Assembly: GCA_030537595.1 (NCBI GenBank)
Contig: JAUNVR010000009.1
Location: 11,746-63,591 of the forward strand
Source of the DNA: Eubacteriales bacterium
GTDB lineage: Bacteria; Bacillota; Clostridia; Saccharofermentanales; DTU023
DNA length: 51,846 nt
Direction of reading: 5' to 3'
The notes beneath the pieces are model-generated. The model made no database searches, was not told where the DNA came from, and saw only the letters and a list, made by a program, of their open reading frames with translations. This document shows, piece by piece, positions 31,695-43,000 of this stretch. The position numbers were made by a program, and so were the translations under genes. Positions within the stretch are counted from its first letter, which is position 1. Every line of letters starts with the position of its first letter.

Positions 31695-33521
31695 TTAATT
31701 GTGCTTACTCAGGACCTGGTCTAGGGCCAGCAGTTTCTCTTCTTCGGTATCGACTAATTCCTTGTAGAGCGGGCTTTCGCTCATCAATTCATTGTGTGTA
31801 CCGGTGGCCGAGAGTTCACCCGAATCCATGACCCAAATTAAGTCGGCATCTCTGACCTCGTGAATCTTATGTGCGATTTCAACTGAGGTTCTGCCCTGCT
31901 TCAGGCGGAGGAGTGAGGTCTTAATCTCATCAGCGGTTTCTGCGTCGAGCGCTGAGCTAACCTCGTCGAGGAGGAGCAGCTTAGGATCTTGCAGGAAGAG
32001 TCTGGCGATGGCCACACGTTGGCGCTGACCGCCGGAAATCTGGCTACCGTATTCACCGACCTGGGTATCTAGCCCATTGCGGAAATCCTTTGCGACGTCG
32101 AGTCCGGCATCGGCAGCAGCCTTAATGATTTCATCGTCACTGACCTTGCGGTCGATTCCGTAAAGCATATTATCCCGAACCGTACCGTGGAAGAGGACGG
32201 GATCTTGAGAAGCGTAACCAATCGAGCTACGCCATTCACCGAGGGCAAAGTTATCTGCTGCTTCATCATCGAGGCGAATCTGCCCTTGCTGGGGCTGGTA
32301 AAGTCTCAGCAAGATGTTGAAGAGGGTGGTCTTACCGGAGCCTGAAGGTCCTAAAAGAGCAACTCTGGTACCGAGTTTCAAAGAACCGGTGATTGCTTTA
32401 AGAACATCTTTCTGGCGATAGGCAAAGCTGACATTGTCGAGTAAGAGATTGTTTGCTTCGTCGAAGCCGACGACAGAGCTCTTACCTTCGAGATTTTCAC
32501 GCTCGGCGTCAAAGAGGGTTGAAATCTTGGTGACTGAACCTTTGACGGTACGCAGGCTCTGGTAGTACGAAATGTACTGGATAAAGTAGTTGTTAATGCC
32601 GCTCGTGTAGGAGTGCATGGTAACTAACATGGCCGGAGCGAGCTGGCCGCGCTGAATCAGGACAGCACCGTAGATCAGGGTAATACCGGTTAAGAGTGCC
32701 TGGGTTGAAGATCTTAAAGGCACTGCATAGGTGTCGACGAACCAACGCTTGACCCGTGAGCGGAAGTGCTGGTCGGTAAAGGCGTCGGTTGCCCTATCTT
32801 CTTCCTCTTCCTTACTGAAGACTTTGACCAATTTTAGCTTGCCATAGTGCTCGGCAAAGAAGCCGATCAGGCGAGCTTGCATTAATTGGACCATCCGCTG
32901 GGTCTTTTCCAGCATTCCGCCGGTGATAAAGGCGACCAGGATCAGGTAGGGGAAGGTCATGAAGACTGCCTTGGTGAACTGGTTACTGATGGTCCACATG
33001 GTTTTCAAGGTCAGGTAGAAGGTATAGGTCATCGTGACGAGCCGGAGGGTTGCATCGATAATATTGGCGATGAAGGCCGGGTCGTGGGTGATACGTGAAA
33101 TCAGGTTCAGATCGTCATCATCTCTGTGCACGATTAGGGGGACTCTTAGAATCTGCTCCCAGCTGACTTCACGTGCTCTTCTGGTGGTGATGTTATTGGC
33201 ATAGATGGCCAAGGCGCTGGTTACGTTAAAGGAAATCATCACGCCGATAGACAGGATGATGTAGCGCACAATCATCGAGTTATCGAACTCACCGAACATA
33301 ATTGCATCTAAGGTTTCACCGAGCTTCATCGGCAGGGCGACGGTCGCTCTGGAGACAAAAATGCTGATGATAAAGATTCCGATATACAGTAGCCAGGGTA
33401 CTCTAATTTCCTTAATTAATTGGAAGAAGAGGCGCCAGGGGACGTTTTTCTTTGGCGTAGGAATTGGAGCCTTCGCCTGTTTTACTTCAATAGTTTCAAG
33501 CTCAGGTCGCTTAGCTTTCAT
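31695..33521 (-). CDS. ABC exporter, fused TMD-NBD (type IV, multidrug/peptide-like)
   Basis: N-terminal TM domain; GPSGSGKTT, ISGGQRQR, LLLLDE and AHK motifs. Confidence 0.9.
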   Translation of the reverse strand: MKAKRPELETIEVKQAKAPIPTPKKNVPWRLFFQLIKEIRVPWLLYIGIFIISIFVSRATVALPMKLGETLDAIMFGEFDNSMIVRYIILSIGVMISFNVTSALAIYANNITTRRAREVSWEQILRVPLIVHRDDDDLNLISRITHDPAFIANIIDATLRLVTMTYTFYLTLKTMWTISNQFTKAVFMTFPYLILVAFITGGMLEKTQRMVQLMQARLIGFFAEHYGKLKLVKVFSKEEEEDRATDAFTDQHFRSRVKRWFVDTYAVPLRSSTQALLTGITLIYGAVLIQRGQLAPAMLVTMHSYTSGINNYFIQYISYYQSLRTVKGSVTKISTLFDAERENLEGKSSVVGFDEANNLLLDNVSFAYRQKDVLKAITGSLKLGTRVALLGPSGSGKTTLFNILLRLYQPQQGQIRLDDEAADNFALGEWRSSIGYASQDPVLFHGTVRDNMLYGIDRKVSDDEIIKAAADAGLDVAKDFRNGLDTQVGEYGSQISGGQRQRVAIARLFLQDPKLLLLDEVSSALDAETADEIKTSLLRLKQGRTSVEIAHKIHEVRDADLIWVMDSGELSATGTHNELMSESPLYKELVDTEEEKLLALDQVLSKHN

Positions 33522-35277
33522 AGGCCACATCCTTTCTGTCAACTGTCAAGTCCATGATATTAGCGAAATCAGGAATCTTAATCAGTTCGGCTAAAGTACC
33601 GTAGTGGGCTTTACCCTCCTGCAAGTAAAGGATATGATCGGCCCGCAATAAAGTTGCGAGATCGTGGCTGACCAAGATGGTAATTCGGCCATCTGCATAC
33701 TGGTCAATTGCATCTTCAACTTGTTTTTCACTGATCTTGTCGAGTGAGGCAGTAGGTTCGTCATAGACCGCAACAGGAGCTTCTTTAAGGAAGGCTCTGG
33801 CCAAGGCTAGACGCTGTTTCTGACCACCGGAGAGACGTTTGCCGTCAATTCCTACGTCGTGGTCGAGACCGCCTTCTAACTCGCTCAGTAATTCTTCTGC
33901 CGCAGCGAGGGTTAAGACATCGGCGATATCCTCGTCCGAAACCTCGTGCTGCACACCGTAGAGAACGTTTTCTCTAACTGTATTAGAGAGTAAGGGGGCA
34001 TCCTGCAAGACAACTGAGAAGAGATCGCGGTAGCTTCTCAAGCTGAATTCGGAAATATTCTCACCATTGAGGAGAATCTCCCCTTCGTAACCGGGGTAAA
34101 GACGCATCAGAATATTCAGTAAGGTAGTTTTACCGCTGCCACTCTTACCGACGATTGCGAGTCTTTCACCGCGCTGAATCTTAAAGTTCAGATTGCTGAG
34201 AATGGGCTGTCCTTCATGATAGGCAAAGGAGACATCTTTAAACTCGATTGCGGAGATATCCTGAGGAGCTTCGCGGCCGACTGTCAGTTCTTCGGTCGGC
34301 ATCTCGAACATTTCACCGATTCTCTGTGAGGCACCCTGGGCACCCTTGATTAGATAGTAGAAGTTACCGAAGTCAAAGAGTAAGGTGACGCCGATTTGGG
34401 CGTACATCATGAACTCGACCCACTGGTCCAGTCCGATTTGACCCTTTGACATGGCCCAGATACCGAGACCCATGGTAATCAGAGTCTGAATCAGTTCCAA
34501 GATAGATTCGAGCGGCATTTTCAGCCATTCCAACCAGCCCATCCGGATGTCGGCACGGTAGAGCTCGTTAATCTTCTCTTTACCGCGAACTAATTCAAAA
34601 TCTTCTGTGTGTTTCGCCTTAATGAAGGGAACGTTGTGCAGGAGCTCGGATAAGTGGCCTGTGACCTTTGATAACTTAGCCTGTAAGCCATAAGTCGTCT
34701 TATAAGAGAAGCGACCGTACAGGAAGTTTAAGATAAAGAAGACCGGGAGGTTAATCAGCTGGGCCTTGAAGAGTAAGGGGCTGATTTCATAGATCATCTT
34801 CATCATTGTGTAGAAGGTTGTGATCGCCGGAATAAAGCCGATTAGTACGTAGACTAGGGATTGCGACAGTTTCATACTGTCGTTGGCTGTCCGAGAAATC
34901 ATCTCACCACTACCGATTTCATCGACTAATTGCATCGATGAACGGCTCATCTTACGCCAAACTTGACGCTGCAGGCGACGGTCAATCAAGCCGATGGCGA
35001 GGTTTGACATGAATGTTTGAATCGCATCGACGATGATTCCACCGACGATTAAAGCGATCAGAATCCAGCCGAGTCTGGTCATGTCAATCTGCACATCAGG
35101 GTTGCCTAAAGCGAAAATTTGGCTGAAGTACTGGGGCTTCAGTAATGAAATCTTCCGGCCGCCCATTGCTACAGCAAAGGTGGCAATTAACAGGAGAATA
35201 GTTTTCCCTGAGATTGCCCGGCGTGAGAGATCAAAGAAAGAAGCCCATACACCTTTTCGTTTGTGCTCTTTATGCAT
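33511..35277 (-). CDS. ABC exporter, fused TMD-NBD
   Basis: TM domain; GKSGSGKTT, LSGGQKQR, VYDEPTASLD and SHD motifs; overlaps the next gene. Confidence 0.9.
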   Translation of the reverse strand: MHKEHKRKGVWASFFDLSRRAISGKTILLLIATFAVAMGGRKISLLKPQYFSQIFALGNPDVQIDMTRLGWILIALIVGGIIVDAIQTFMSNLAIGLIDRRLQRQVWRKMSRSSMQLVDEIGSGEMISRTANDSMKLSQSLVYVLIGFIPAITTFYTMMKMIYEISPLLFKAQLINLPVFFILNFLYGRFSYKTTYGLQAKLSKVTGHLSELLHNVPFIKAKHTEDFELVRGKEKINELYRADIRMGWLEWLKMPLESILELIQTLITMGLGIWAMSKGQIGLDQWVEFMMYAQIGVTLLFDFGNFYYLIKGAQGASQRIGEMFEMPTEELTVGREAPQDISAIEFKDVSFAYHEGQPILSNLNFKIQRGERLAIVGKSGSGKTTLLNILMRLYPGYEGEILLNGENISEFSLRSYRDLFSVVLQDAPLLSNTVRENVLYGVQHEVSDEDIADVLTLAAAEELLSELEGGLDHDVGIDGKRLSGGQKQRLALARAFLKEAPVAVYDEPTASLDKISEKQVEDAIDQYADGRITILVSHDLATLLRADHILYLQEGKAHYGTLAELIKIPDFANIMDLTVDRKDVAYES

Positions 35278-35486
35278 AAAATTTCCTCTCTTTTATCTAC
35301 GGCATATTTCTTGCAGTCTGTATAGCATAGCTTAAAAAGCTGCACAAATAAAGTTGGATTCAGTCTGATATATTAGACAAAAAGACTTGAAAGGCAGGCA
35401 GATGGAGCTTTTGCCAGCCTTCAAACTTTAGCTAAATAGCCGAAAATAGAAGGCTGTGAAAGCAAGTTTAATTCGGAATTTTCACC

Positions 35487-36440
35487 CTAGTTTGAGCTAG
35501 AAATAGAGTCGATTAGCTTTTGCTGTTTTCGGGACTGCAAAATTAGCTGCTTATGGAAGATTGCGCCGCTCAGTAAGATCAGGGCACAGAGGTAGAGCCA
35601 GAGCATTAAGGCGAGAATACCAGTCAGCGAACCGAGGACAAAGGAGTAGCGGGTTTGGCTCGCGAGAAAAAGACCAAAGCCCTGTGAGCTCAGGAGCCAG
35701 AGGATTGAGGCAATTGCGCCGACAAAGAAGGCTTGGCGGAAGCGGCCAGCCTTGCCAGAACTACTGTAGTAGAGGCTGGCAAAGAGCAGACTGAGGTAGA
35801 GTAGGCCAAAGAGGTAGGATAAGCTCTCAATTAAAATTAGCGAGTGCTGCAGTTCTAAAAACTCAGTCAAAAGCTCTAAAGCGTACTTGCCAAAGGAGAG
35901 TAAAAGGAGCAAGAAGACGACTGAGCTGACCAGAATTAAGATAATCACTAAGGCTAAAAGACGGCGGATAAACATGGTCGAGCGACCTTTGACCCGCTCA
36001 TAGATGTCGTAAAGACTCGCCATTAAAACATTAATGCCTTTCGAAGCTGCCCAGACCAGGGAGAGAAAGCCAATTAAGCCAAAGGAGAGGCTGTCACTTT
36101 TTTCGATATTTTGAAAAATGGCTCCGAGCACATTCATCACGGACTGGGGAAGGAGATTTTGCAGTTCCTTGGAAAGTAAGCCAATTTCTAAAGAGGCGCT
36201 AAAGCGCGAGATTACCGAGGCGAGCATCAGGCAGAGTGGAAAGAGGGAAAAAATCATGAAGAAGGCCAGGGAAGAAGCCTGGCGACTGAGTTTTTGCCGG
36301 CCAAAATCTTCTAAAAAACCGCGCCAGAAACAAAATGCCGAGCTGCTTTCACTGCAGTCTCTGCCGGCCCAGTCTGCTATTTTGTGCTCGTAGTTTTTAA
36401 GTCTTTGGCCGAGCTTATTTTTACCATCTTTTTCCACCAT
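35487..36440 (-). CDS. YihY/virulence factor BrkB family membrane protein
   Basis: ASSLAFFMIFSLFP, WAASKG and GSL.G...LMLWLY...ILL.GA motifs. Confidence 0.85.
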   Translation of the reverse strand: MVEKDGKNKLGQRLKNYEHKIADWAGRDCSESSSAFCFWRGFLEDFGRQKLSRQASSLAFFMIFSLFPLCLMLASVISRFSASLEIGLLSKELQNLLPQSVMNVLGAIFQNIEKSDSLSFGLIGFLSLVWAASKGINVLMASLYDIYERVKGRSTMFIRRLLALVIILILVSSVVFLLLLLSFGKYALELLTEFLELQHSLILIESLSYLFGLLYLSLLFASLYYSSSGKAGRFRQAFFVGAIASILWLLSSQGFGLFLASQTRYSFVLGSLTGILALMLWLYLCALILLSGAIFHKQLILQSRKQQKLIDSISSSN

Positions 36441-36596
36441 TAAATCTCCTCAGGAATTGCCTATATGGTACAATAGAGCTGGTATTTTTCAAATCTTAAA
36501 AGCAAAAGGAGCAGCTGGAACTGCTGCTTTTTGAGCTTTGTTCTAGCTTCGAATGAGCTGCTTTGTGGCTGTCTTAGTGGGTGGGAGGAGATTGGC

Positions 36597-39500
36597 ATGC
36601 GCTTTATTTGCGGGGCTGACCCCCGAGCTATACTCGACTTATGTCTCCAAGAAATTGCAGATTTTACAAGTGAATACCCGCTGCGGCGGGCTTTTTTATT
36701 AGTTCCGGAAAGTTTAAAGGCAGAGAGCGAAAGGCGCTATCTCGAGCACTTTGGCAGCGGCCTGATGATGGCTGAGGTCCTAAGTTTCAAGCGCTTTGCC
36801 GAGCGGGTCTTTGCCCAGGCTGGAACCGTCGAGGGGAGACCCCTTTCCGCACTCGGCAAGAGGCTGAAAATCCGCCAGATTATCAGCCGCAATAAGGCCG
36901 CCTACGAGAAGCTACAACTTTATGCGACGCGTTCTGACTCCCTTGAAGAGCTGGCTTCGGTTTTAGCCGACTTCGAGCGCCACTGTGTTTCAGCAGAGGA
37001 GCTTAGAGAGTCTGCGGCTAACTATGCTCGGCCGGCGGCTAGGCAGCTAGCTGAACTGGCGCAGCTGAACGGGGAGTATCGAGCAGAGCTGGCCCGGGAA
37101 GGGCTCTTTGATCCGGTCGAGCTCCCGGCGCGCCTAACTGAGCTCATTAAAAGCACCGAGCCCTTTAGCCGGCAGCGGAGCGAGTTTATTGAAAGTAGCG
37201 TCTTCTGGATTGCCGCCTACGGCGATTTACGGCAGCTGACCCAGCAGGAGCTGGAGCTGATTACTGCACTCGAGGAGCGCGGAGCTGAGCTCAATCTAGC
37301 CCTAGTTGCGGCCCTACCCGGAAAGGCCAAAGACTTTGCCAATTCGACTCTGAGCGAGGAGTCTTTGGCCCGGGTTTTAGCCAGTTTAGGGAAGGGGGCA
37401 AAGCTTGAGTTTCAGGGCTTAGGAGAGGCTGCAGAAAGAGCCTGGGCAGAGCGGCCGGCGCGAGCCTTGTCGGCTTATTTACTCGGGGCTAGTGAAGAGG
37501 CTCCGGAGCTTGGCGCTTTTCAGGCAAATCTAATTCACGCCGAGAACCGCTATTTGGCGGCGGAGTTTTTGGCCGGTGAAATTAAAAGAATCTTAGTTCA
37601 GGGCGAAAGCCGGCGCAAGAAAATTGCCGTTGCCCTGCTCGAGCCGGAAGATGAAGAGCTTTTGCAGCGAGTTTTTGCAAGCTACGGCCTGGATTCGGAC
37701 TTTAATAGTCCGCTCGGGCTAAAAGCCTCTGCACTCTACCAATATCTGGAGGGTTTTTTCGCAATTTTAGCTGGCGAGCAGCGCTTGGAGCAGCTTTCTT
37801 CCTTCTTTCGCAATCGCTTGCGGCCCCAGGGCTTAGACCCGGCGCAGCTGGATCGCTTGGAGAACCTGGCTTTGGCCCAGGGCTGGAAGTACTGGTCTGT
37901 TCTCGAGCGCGAATTTACTAAGTTTCTAAAGGAGCCAGAGGCGGCTTTTGACTTCTTGCGCCAGGGTGAAGATTACCAGGCCATAGTGGATTCAGCAGAG
38001 TTTCAGGACTTAGTGGCGGCCAAAGCTTTAATTACGAGGTTTTTAAATCGGCTGCGAGAGGCCCAGAAGAAAATTGCTAAAAGTAAAGATGGGGCAGCTT
38101 TAATCAATGAGTTTATCGAAGTTATTAATTCGGATTTTGGCCCCTATCCTGCGCTCAATGACTTACTCGAGGCGCAAATTGTTGGGGCTGAGAATCGGGA
38201 GGCGGAATTGACGGCTCTAAGCTGGCAGAGCTTGGTTGAGATTTTAGCTGAGCTTTCCGCGCTGTACGCGGAGCCGGATGCGCCGCCCCTTAGCTTGGCC
38301 GAGTTTTCGGACCTCGTCTTGAGCACTTTGGCGGATACAGCTGCGCCTAGGATTCCGCTCGGCCTCGATCGGATTACGATCGCTAGGCCGCGGCAATTAT
38401 TACAAAAAGACCTGGACTATCTATTCATCTTTAATAGTTCAAATACGAGCCTGCCTCCGCCACTTCCTGCGGAGGGGCTTTTGAAGTCGGCTGAGCGGAT
38501 TTATTTAAAGGAATACTTAGGTACAGATTTTCCAAACTTTAAGGAGGATCATCTGGCAAGTAGCCGCTATCTTTTGGCCCAGTTCTTTGCCCTGCCAAAA
38601 AAGGCCCTCTCCTTTATTCACTGTAATTCGATTCAGCTTTATGCGCCTGAAACTGGGCCGGCAAAGGTCGAGGGTGACCGCCTCTCTCGTTTCGAGCTGA
38701 AATTTGCTGAGCGCTATCCGGCTGGGGTCCAGGCGGTGACGGCAATTGACCTGCCGGATCAGCGGGCCCTGGCGGAGCCGGTTGCGAAGCGGCTCCTACG
38801 ACTCTACGGCGAGCTCTATCCGGCGGAAGTCCAGGCCAGCTGGGGTCTGGCTGAGCTGGAGGAACTGCCGCGCGATGACTTACAGAGCCCGAGACCAGAA
38901 CTTTTATTGCCAGCGGATTTGGCCCATGCGGCCATGCTCAATCTGAGGGGACTTTCAGCGAGCAGCCTGGAGCGGATCTCAGCCTGTCCCTACAGCGGCT
39001 ATATCAGCTATTTTCTGAAAGCCAGGGAGCGGGCTGAAGCGAAGCCGGATCCACGCCGGCGTGGGAGCTTTATTCACCGCGCCCTGGAGCTAGTCTTGCC
39101 AGCGTTTCCAGAGCTCCAGCAAGAACTGGCTAAGCTGCGGCTCGAGCGGCAGGCTTCTGTGGTCGAGCAGATTGCCTATCTGGAGCAGAATGTTTTACCC
39201 GAACTTTATGCCAAGGTGGCAGCTGAGTCCGGCCAAAAGATCTGGTTGGATCCGGAGGTGCGAGGAGACGAGGGGCGGCGGCTGGAGCGCCTGCTTTCCG
39301 GAGTTTTATACCATCTTTTAGAGGACTTGGAAAAAAAGCAGAAGGGGCCAAAATTCCGCGCCGCAGCGGCAGAGTGGGATCTACCTCGGGGCGAGGCTGC
39401 GCTTTACCTAGACTTTCTCGACTACCAGCTGCCACTTGCGGGCACGGTCGATCGGATCGATATTGCTGAGACGGATAAAAGCTTGGCAAGTGCAGAGATA

Positions 39501-39992
39501 ATGCGGGTTCTCGACTATAAGACGGGGCAGCGCTCAGTCGATATTGAGGCAATTAACTGTGGGCTGAGCTTGCAGCTACCAATCTATATTCACGCGGTGA
39601 AAAATGCCTTCCCGCAAGCTGAAATCACAGAGGCTGGGCTATATCGATTACATAATAAGCGGAGCGGAGTCGCAGAGCTAGGCCAGCTAGATGAGCAGAA
39701 GGGTGCTAGCTATCTGAGTCGCAGCTCATTAAAAAACGCGGCAGATTGTGAGGCCGCAGAGGCTTCTGGCTTAAGCCGGGCGGCGGAGATTATGACGGAC
39801 TTTGCCGCCGGGAGAATTTCACCACGCCCGAGAATTCTCGCAAAAGATGCTGGCAGCACGGCGAACCTACCCTGCCGCTACTGCCAGTACAAGGCGATTT
39901 GTAACTATGACAGGCTGAGCGCACTAAGTCGCTCGCAAGTGCTCAAGGCAGAGGATTTTGCCGAACCCAAAGAGGTCAAGCCAAAGGCTTAA
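36597..39992 (+). CDS. addB: ATP-dependent helicase/nuclease subunit B
   Basis: LLVPE, EVLSFKRFA, SASSLE...CPY, GTVDRID, DYKTG, LQLPIY and Fe-S cysteines CRYCQYKAIC; precedes addA; ATG after GGAGG. Confidence 0.9.
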   Translation: MRFICGADPRAILDLCLQEIADFTSEYPLRRAFLLVPESLKAESERRYLEHFGSGLMMAEVLSFKRFAERVFAQAGTVEGRPLSALGKRLKIRQIISRNKAAYEKLQLYATRSDSLEELASVLADFERHCVSAEELRESAANYARPAARQLAELAQLNGEYRAELAREGLFDPVELPARLTELIKSTEPFSRQRSEFIESSVFWIAAYGDLRQLTQQELELITALEERGAELNLALVAALPGKAKDFANSTLSEESLARVLASLGKGAKLEFQGLGEAAERAWAERPARALSAYLLGASEEAPELGAFQANLIHAENRYLAAEFLAGEIKRILVQGESRRKKIAVALLEPEDEELLQRVFASYGLDSDFNSPLGLKASALYQYLEGFFAILAGEQRLEQLSSFFRNRLRPQGLDPAQLDRLENLALAQGWKYWSVLEREFTKFLKEPEAAFDFLRQGEDYQAIVDSAEFQDLVAAKALITRFLNRLREAQKKIAKSKDGAALINEFIEVINSDFGPYPALNDLLEAQIVGAENREAELTALSWQSLVEILAELSALYAEPDAPPLSLAEFSDLVLSTLADTAAPRIPLGLDRITIARPRQLLQKDLDYLFIFNSSNTSLPPPLPAEGLLKSAERIYLKEYLGTDFPNFKEDHLASSRYLLAQFFALPKKALSFIHCNSIQLYAPETGPAKVEGDRLSRFELKFAERYPAGVQAVTAIDLPDQRALAEPVAKRLLRLYGELYPAEVQASWGLAELEELPRDDLQSPRPELLLPADLAHAAMLNLRGLSASSLERISACPYSGYISYFLKARERAEAKPDPRRRGSFIHRALELVLPAFPELQQELAKLRLERQASVVEQIAYLEQNVLPELYAKVAAESGQKIWLDPEVRGDEGRRLERLLSGVLYHLLEDLEKKQKGPKFRAAAAEWDLPRGEAALYLDFLDYQLPLAGTVDRIDIAETDKSLASAEIMRVLDYKTGQRSVDIEAINCGLSLQLPIYIHAVKNAFPQAEITEAGLYRLHNKRSGVAELGQLDEQKGASYLSRSSLKNAADCEAAEASGLSRAAEIMTDFAAGRISPRPRILAKDAGSTANLPCRYCQYKAICNYDRLSALSRSQVLKAEDFAEPKEVKPKA

Positions 39993-40075
39993 AGCGGTCT
40001 TTGACGGCATTTAATAGCATTTCTTAGGAGAAGTAAGCTAGGCTCAAGCAAAAGCAGAGTAAAGTGGAGTGTAAG

Positions 40076-43000
40076 ATGCAATCTAAAGTGCAAGCAGAAT
40101 TAATTGAGGACTTCTTTTCGGCGCTAAATGAGCGGCAAAAAGCTGCGGTCTTTGCCCCCGCGGATCGGGACATTATCCTCGATGCCGGAGCCGGTTCGGG
40201 TAAGACTAGGGTGCTCAGTAGTCGGGTCATTAAGCGCCTGGTCGCTGGGGAGGTGGAGCCAGATCAGCTACTGGTTGTGACCTTTACAGAAAAGGCGGCG
40301 GCCAGCATGAAGCAGAAGATCGAGGCGGAGCTTGAAGCCATGCTCCAGGCGACTCCTGACCCAGATTTACGCAAGTCCTTACGGGAACTGCGAGAGCGCC
40401 TACCTTTGGCCACGATTTCGACAATGCACGCCTTCTGCTGGCGCTTAGTTAAGGAGCAGCGGGCTGCGCTAAAGTTTAAAGAGCAGCTAAGAATTAGCGA
40501 AAAGACCTTAGTCATGGATCAGGCCGAGGAGGATGACTTACTCTTTCGGACGCTTGACGAGCTGCTCGCAGAAAAGTATAGACGGATTACCGCTTACCGC
40601 CTCGGCAGTCAGGAGGAGGCCTTTACGCCGGAGGAGATTGCGGCAATTGAGGCGGACATTCGGCTCTTTAACAGCATCGACACACAGCAGGACGACCAGG
40701 GCTTAAAAGAGCAGTTGGCCGCGGACTACGGCCTGCTACGCAGCTTGCCGGATTACTTAGAGGCGGCTGAAAAAGCCTTAGGCGAACTGGGCGAAAAGAG
40801 TCAGAATCTTGCTTTACAGGACTGGTTTACAGAGGCTTTAAGCTTAGTCAATCAAAAGCTTCCGCAAGAGCTTGAAGAAAGCTCTGAACTACCAGCGCTC
40901 TCGGCGCTTTTACGAGCTTTAATTGAGATTGAAAGTGATCCTTATTTAAATGACTGGCGGGCAAAGCGGGCAAAGGCCAAAGAATACCAGAAATTAGAGA
41001 GCTTATTGGCTGAGTTAAATGCGCTGCGTGGAGATTTAGAAGATTTAGCGCAGCGGCTGCAGGGCGCGAGTCTTGCAGGGGCTGAGGGCAAGGCGATTTG
41101 GAATGAGCTACACGAGCTCGGCTCAAACTTAGCTAAACTCGATGTAATTGCTGGCTTAAGCCGTGGAAATGAGGAAAAGCTGGCTTTAAGAGAGCTCTAT
41201 GGCAGCCAGATTTGCCCCTTCCTCCAATTGCTTACTGGAGCCTTCGCGCCTGGGAGCACGATGAGTGAAAGCTTTGGCCTAGAGTTTTATGGTAGCTACT
41301 TTACCCAGTCTTATGAGGAGCTAGCAGAGCTTCACTTAGCAGCCTATGAAAGGGCTAAAAACTACATCCAGCTTCTGGCTGAGCTCGACGACAAGTATAA
41401 GGAGGCAAAGCTTCGGGCTGAGCGGGTCGACTACAATGATTTCGAGCATTTGGCAGCCGAATTATTAAAGCAGCCGGAGATTGCCCTGACCTTATCTCAG
41501 CAGTATCGCGAGATCTATATTGATGAGTATCAGGACACCTCACCCTTACAAGACGCTTTAATTGAGCGCTTAGCTAAGGCCGATCCCGAAGCTCCGAGCT
41601 GTCGCTTTATGGTCGGCGATGTGAAGCAGTCGATTTATCGTTTCCGCCATGCTGCGCCGGCGCTCTTTCAGGCGCGGGCTGAGCTTTACCAGAACTCAGA
41701 GGAGGCTGGGCGCTATTTAATTTTGACCGAGAATTACCGCTCGCGGCCAGAAATTCTGGACTTTGTGAACCAGGTTTTTAGCGCCTTTATGCGCCAGGCT
41801 ACGGCCGAGATTGACTACGATAGCTCGCAGCGCTTGCGCTTTGGTGAGCGGCCGCTAGATGCTGGAAGTGGCGCGGCGCTGAAGCCGGAAATCCGCCTTA
41901 GATTGCTCTACACGGCTGAGCCGGAGGCAGAGGCGGCTGAGGCGGATGTTGCGGCGGACGGGGCTGCTGTGGCTGCCGCGGTAGAAGCGGCTGCGCAGGA
42001 GGCTGCGGTAGAGGCCGGGCAGAATCAGCTAGGCGGGCTTGCTCACCCCTTTATCCGAGAAATTGCTGAGCACCAGGAAAAGGCTCGGCATGAGGCCCTT
42101 TTAGTCGTCGATGAGATCTTCCGCCTGCGTGAGGCAGGGCGAGAATTTAGCGATATTATCGTACTCTGTCGCTCGAATGCCGAGGTCAATAGCTATGCCA
42201 ATGTGCTGAAGGACTTTGACATCCCCTTGGCAACCGTGCGCAAAATTAAAATAGATTCACAACAATTACTCTTCTTGACGAGTTTTCTCGAGCTCTTAGC
42301 CAATCCCTTGCAAGACCTTCCGCTCTTAGCCTACCTGCGTTCCTACCTGCATGGGCGAGCCTTCCAAGAAGCCGAGCTTTTAGAAATTGCAAACTTTGGC
42401 CTAAATCTTGCGGCCAAGGATTCCCTCCCCTCAATCTCGCGGCTCTGGTTTGGCCCCTTCTTCTATGAGCAGGTCGCAAGATATCGGAGCGAAGGGCCTG
42501 AAACTGAGCTGCGTGAGCGCTTAGATCTGGCTTTAACTAAGCTAGAAACTTGGCGCGAGGAGCTGAGCTACAGACCATACTGCGAAGTTTTAGAGGAAAT
42601 TTTACTCTATGCCGACTACCGTGAATATTTGGCGCTTCTAGACTCTGATGGGGCTGGGCGCTTAGCAGATTTAGAGCTCTTTTTGGAATGGGTAAAAGAT
42701 GCCTGGCAGAAGGGCCAGTCACTCTTGCAGCTAATGCGCAAGGTCGTGCGCCTACGTGAAGAAAGTATGGAAATTGAGGACTCCGAGCAGGAGGCGAGCG
42801 CGGTCGGTCGGGTCCGCTTGATGACCATTCATAAGTCAAAGGGCTTGGAGGCCAAAGTCATAATCATGGGTCGCGCGAGCAAGGCTTTTGAGCGAAATGC
42901 CAGCTACCCGCCCTTTGTCTTTTCGACTGAGCCCCTAAGCATCGCGCCTTTGGCCTGGAATGAAAAGACAGACCAAAGAATCCGGCTTGCAGACTATAAA

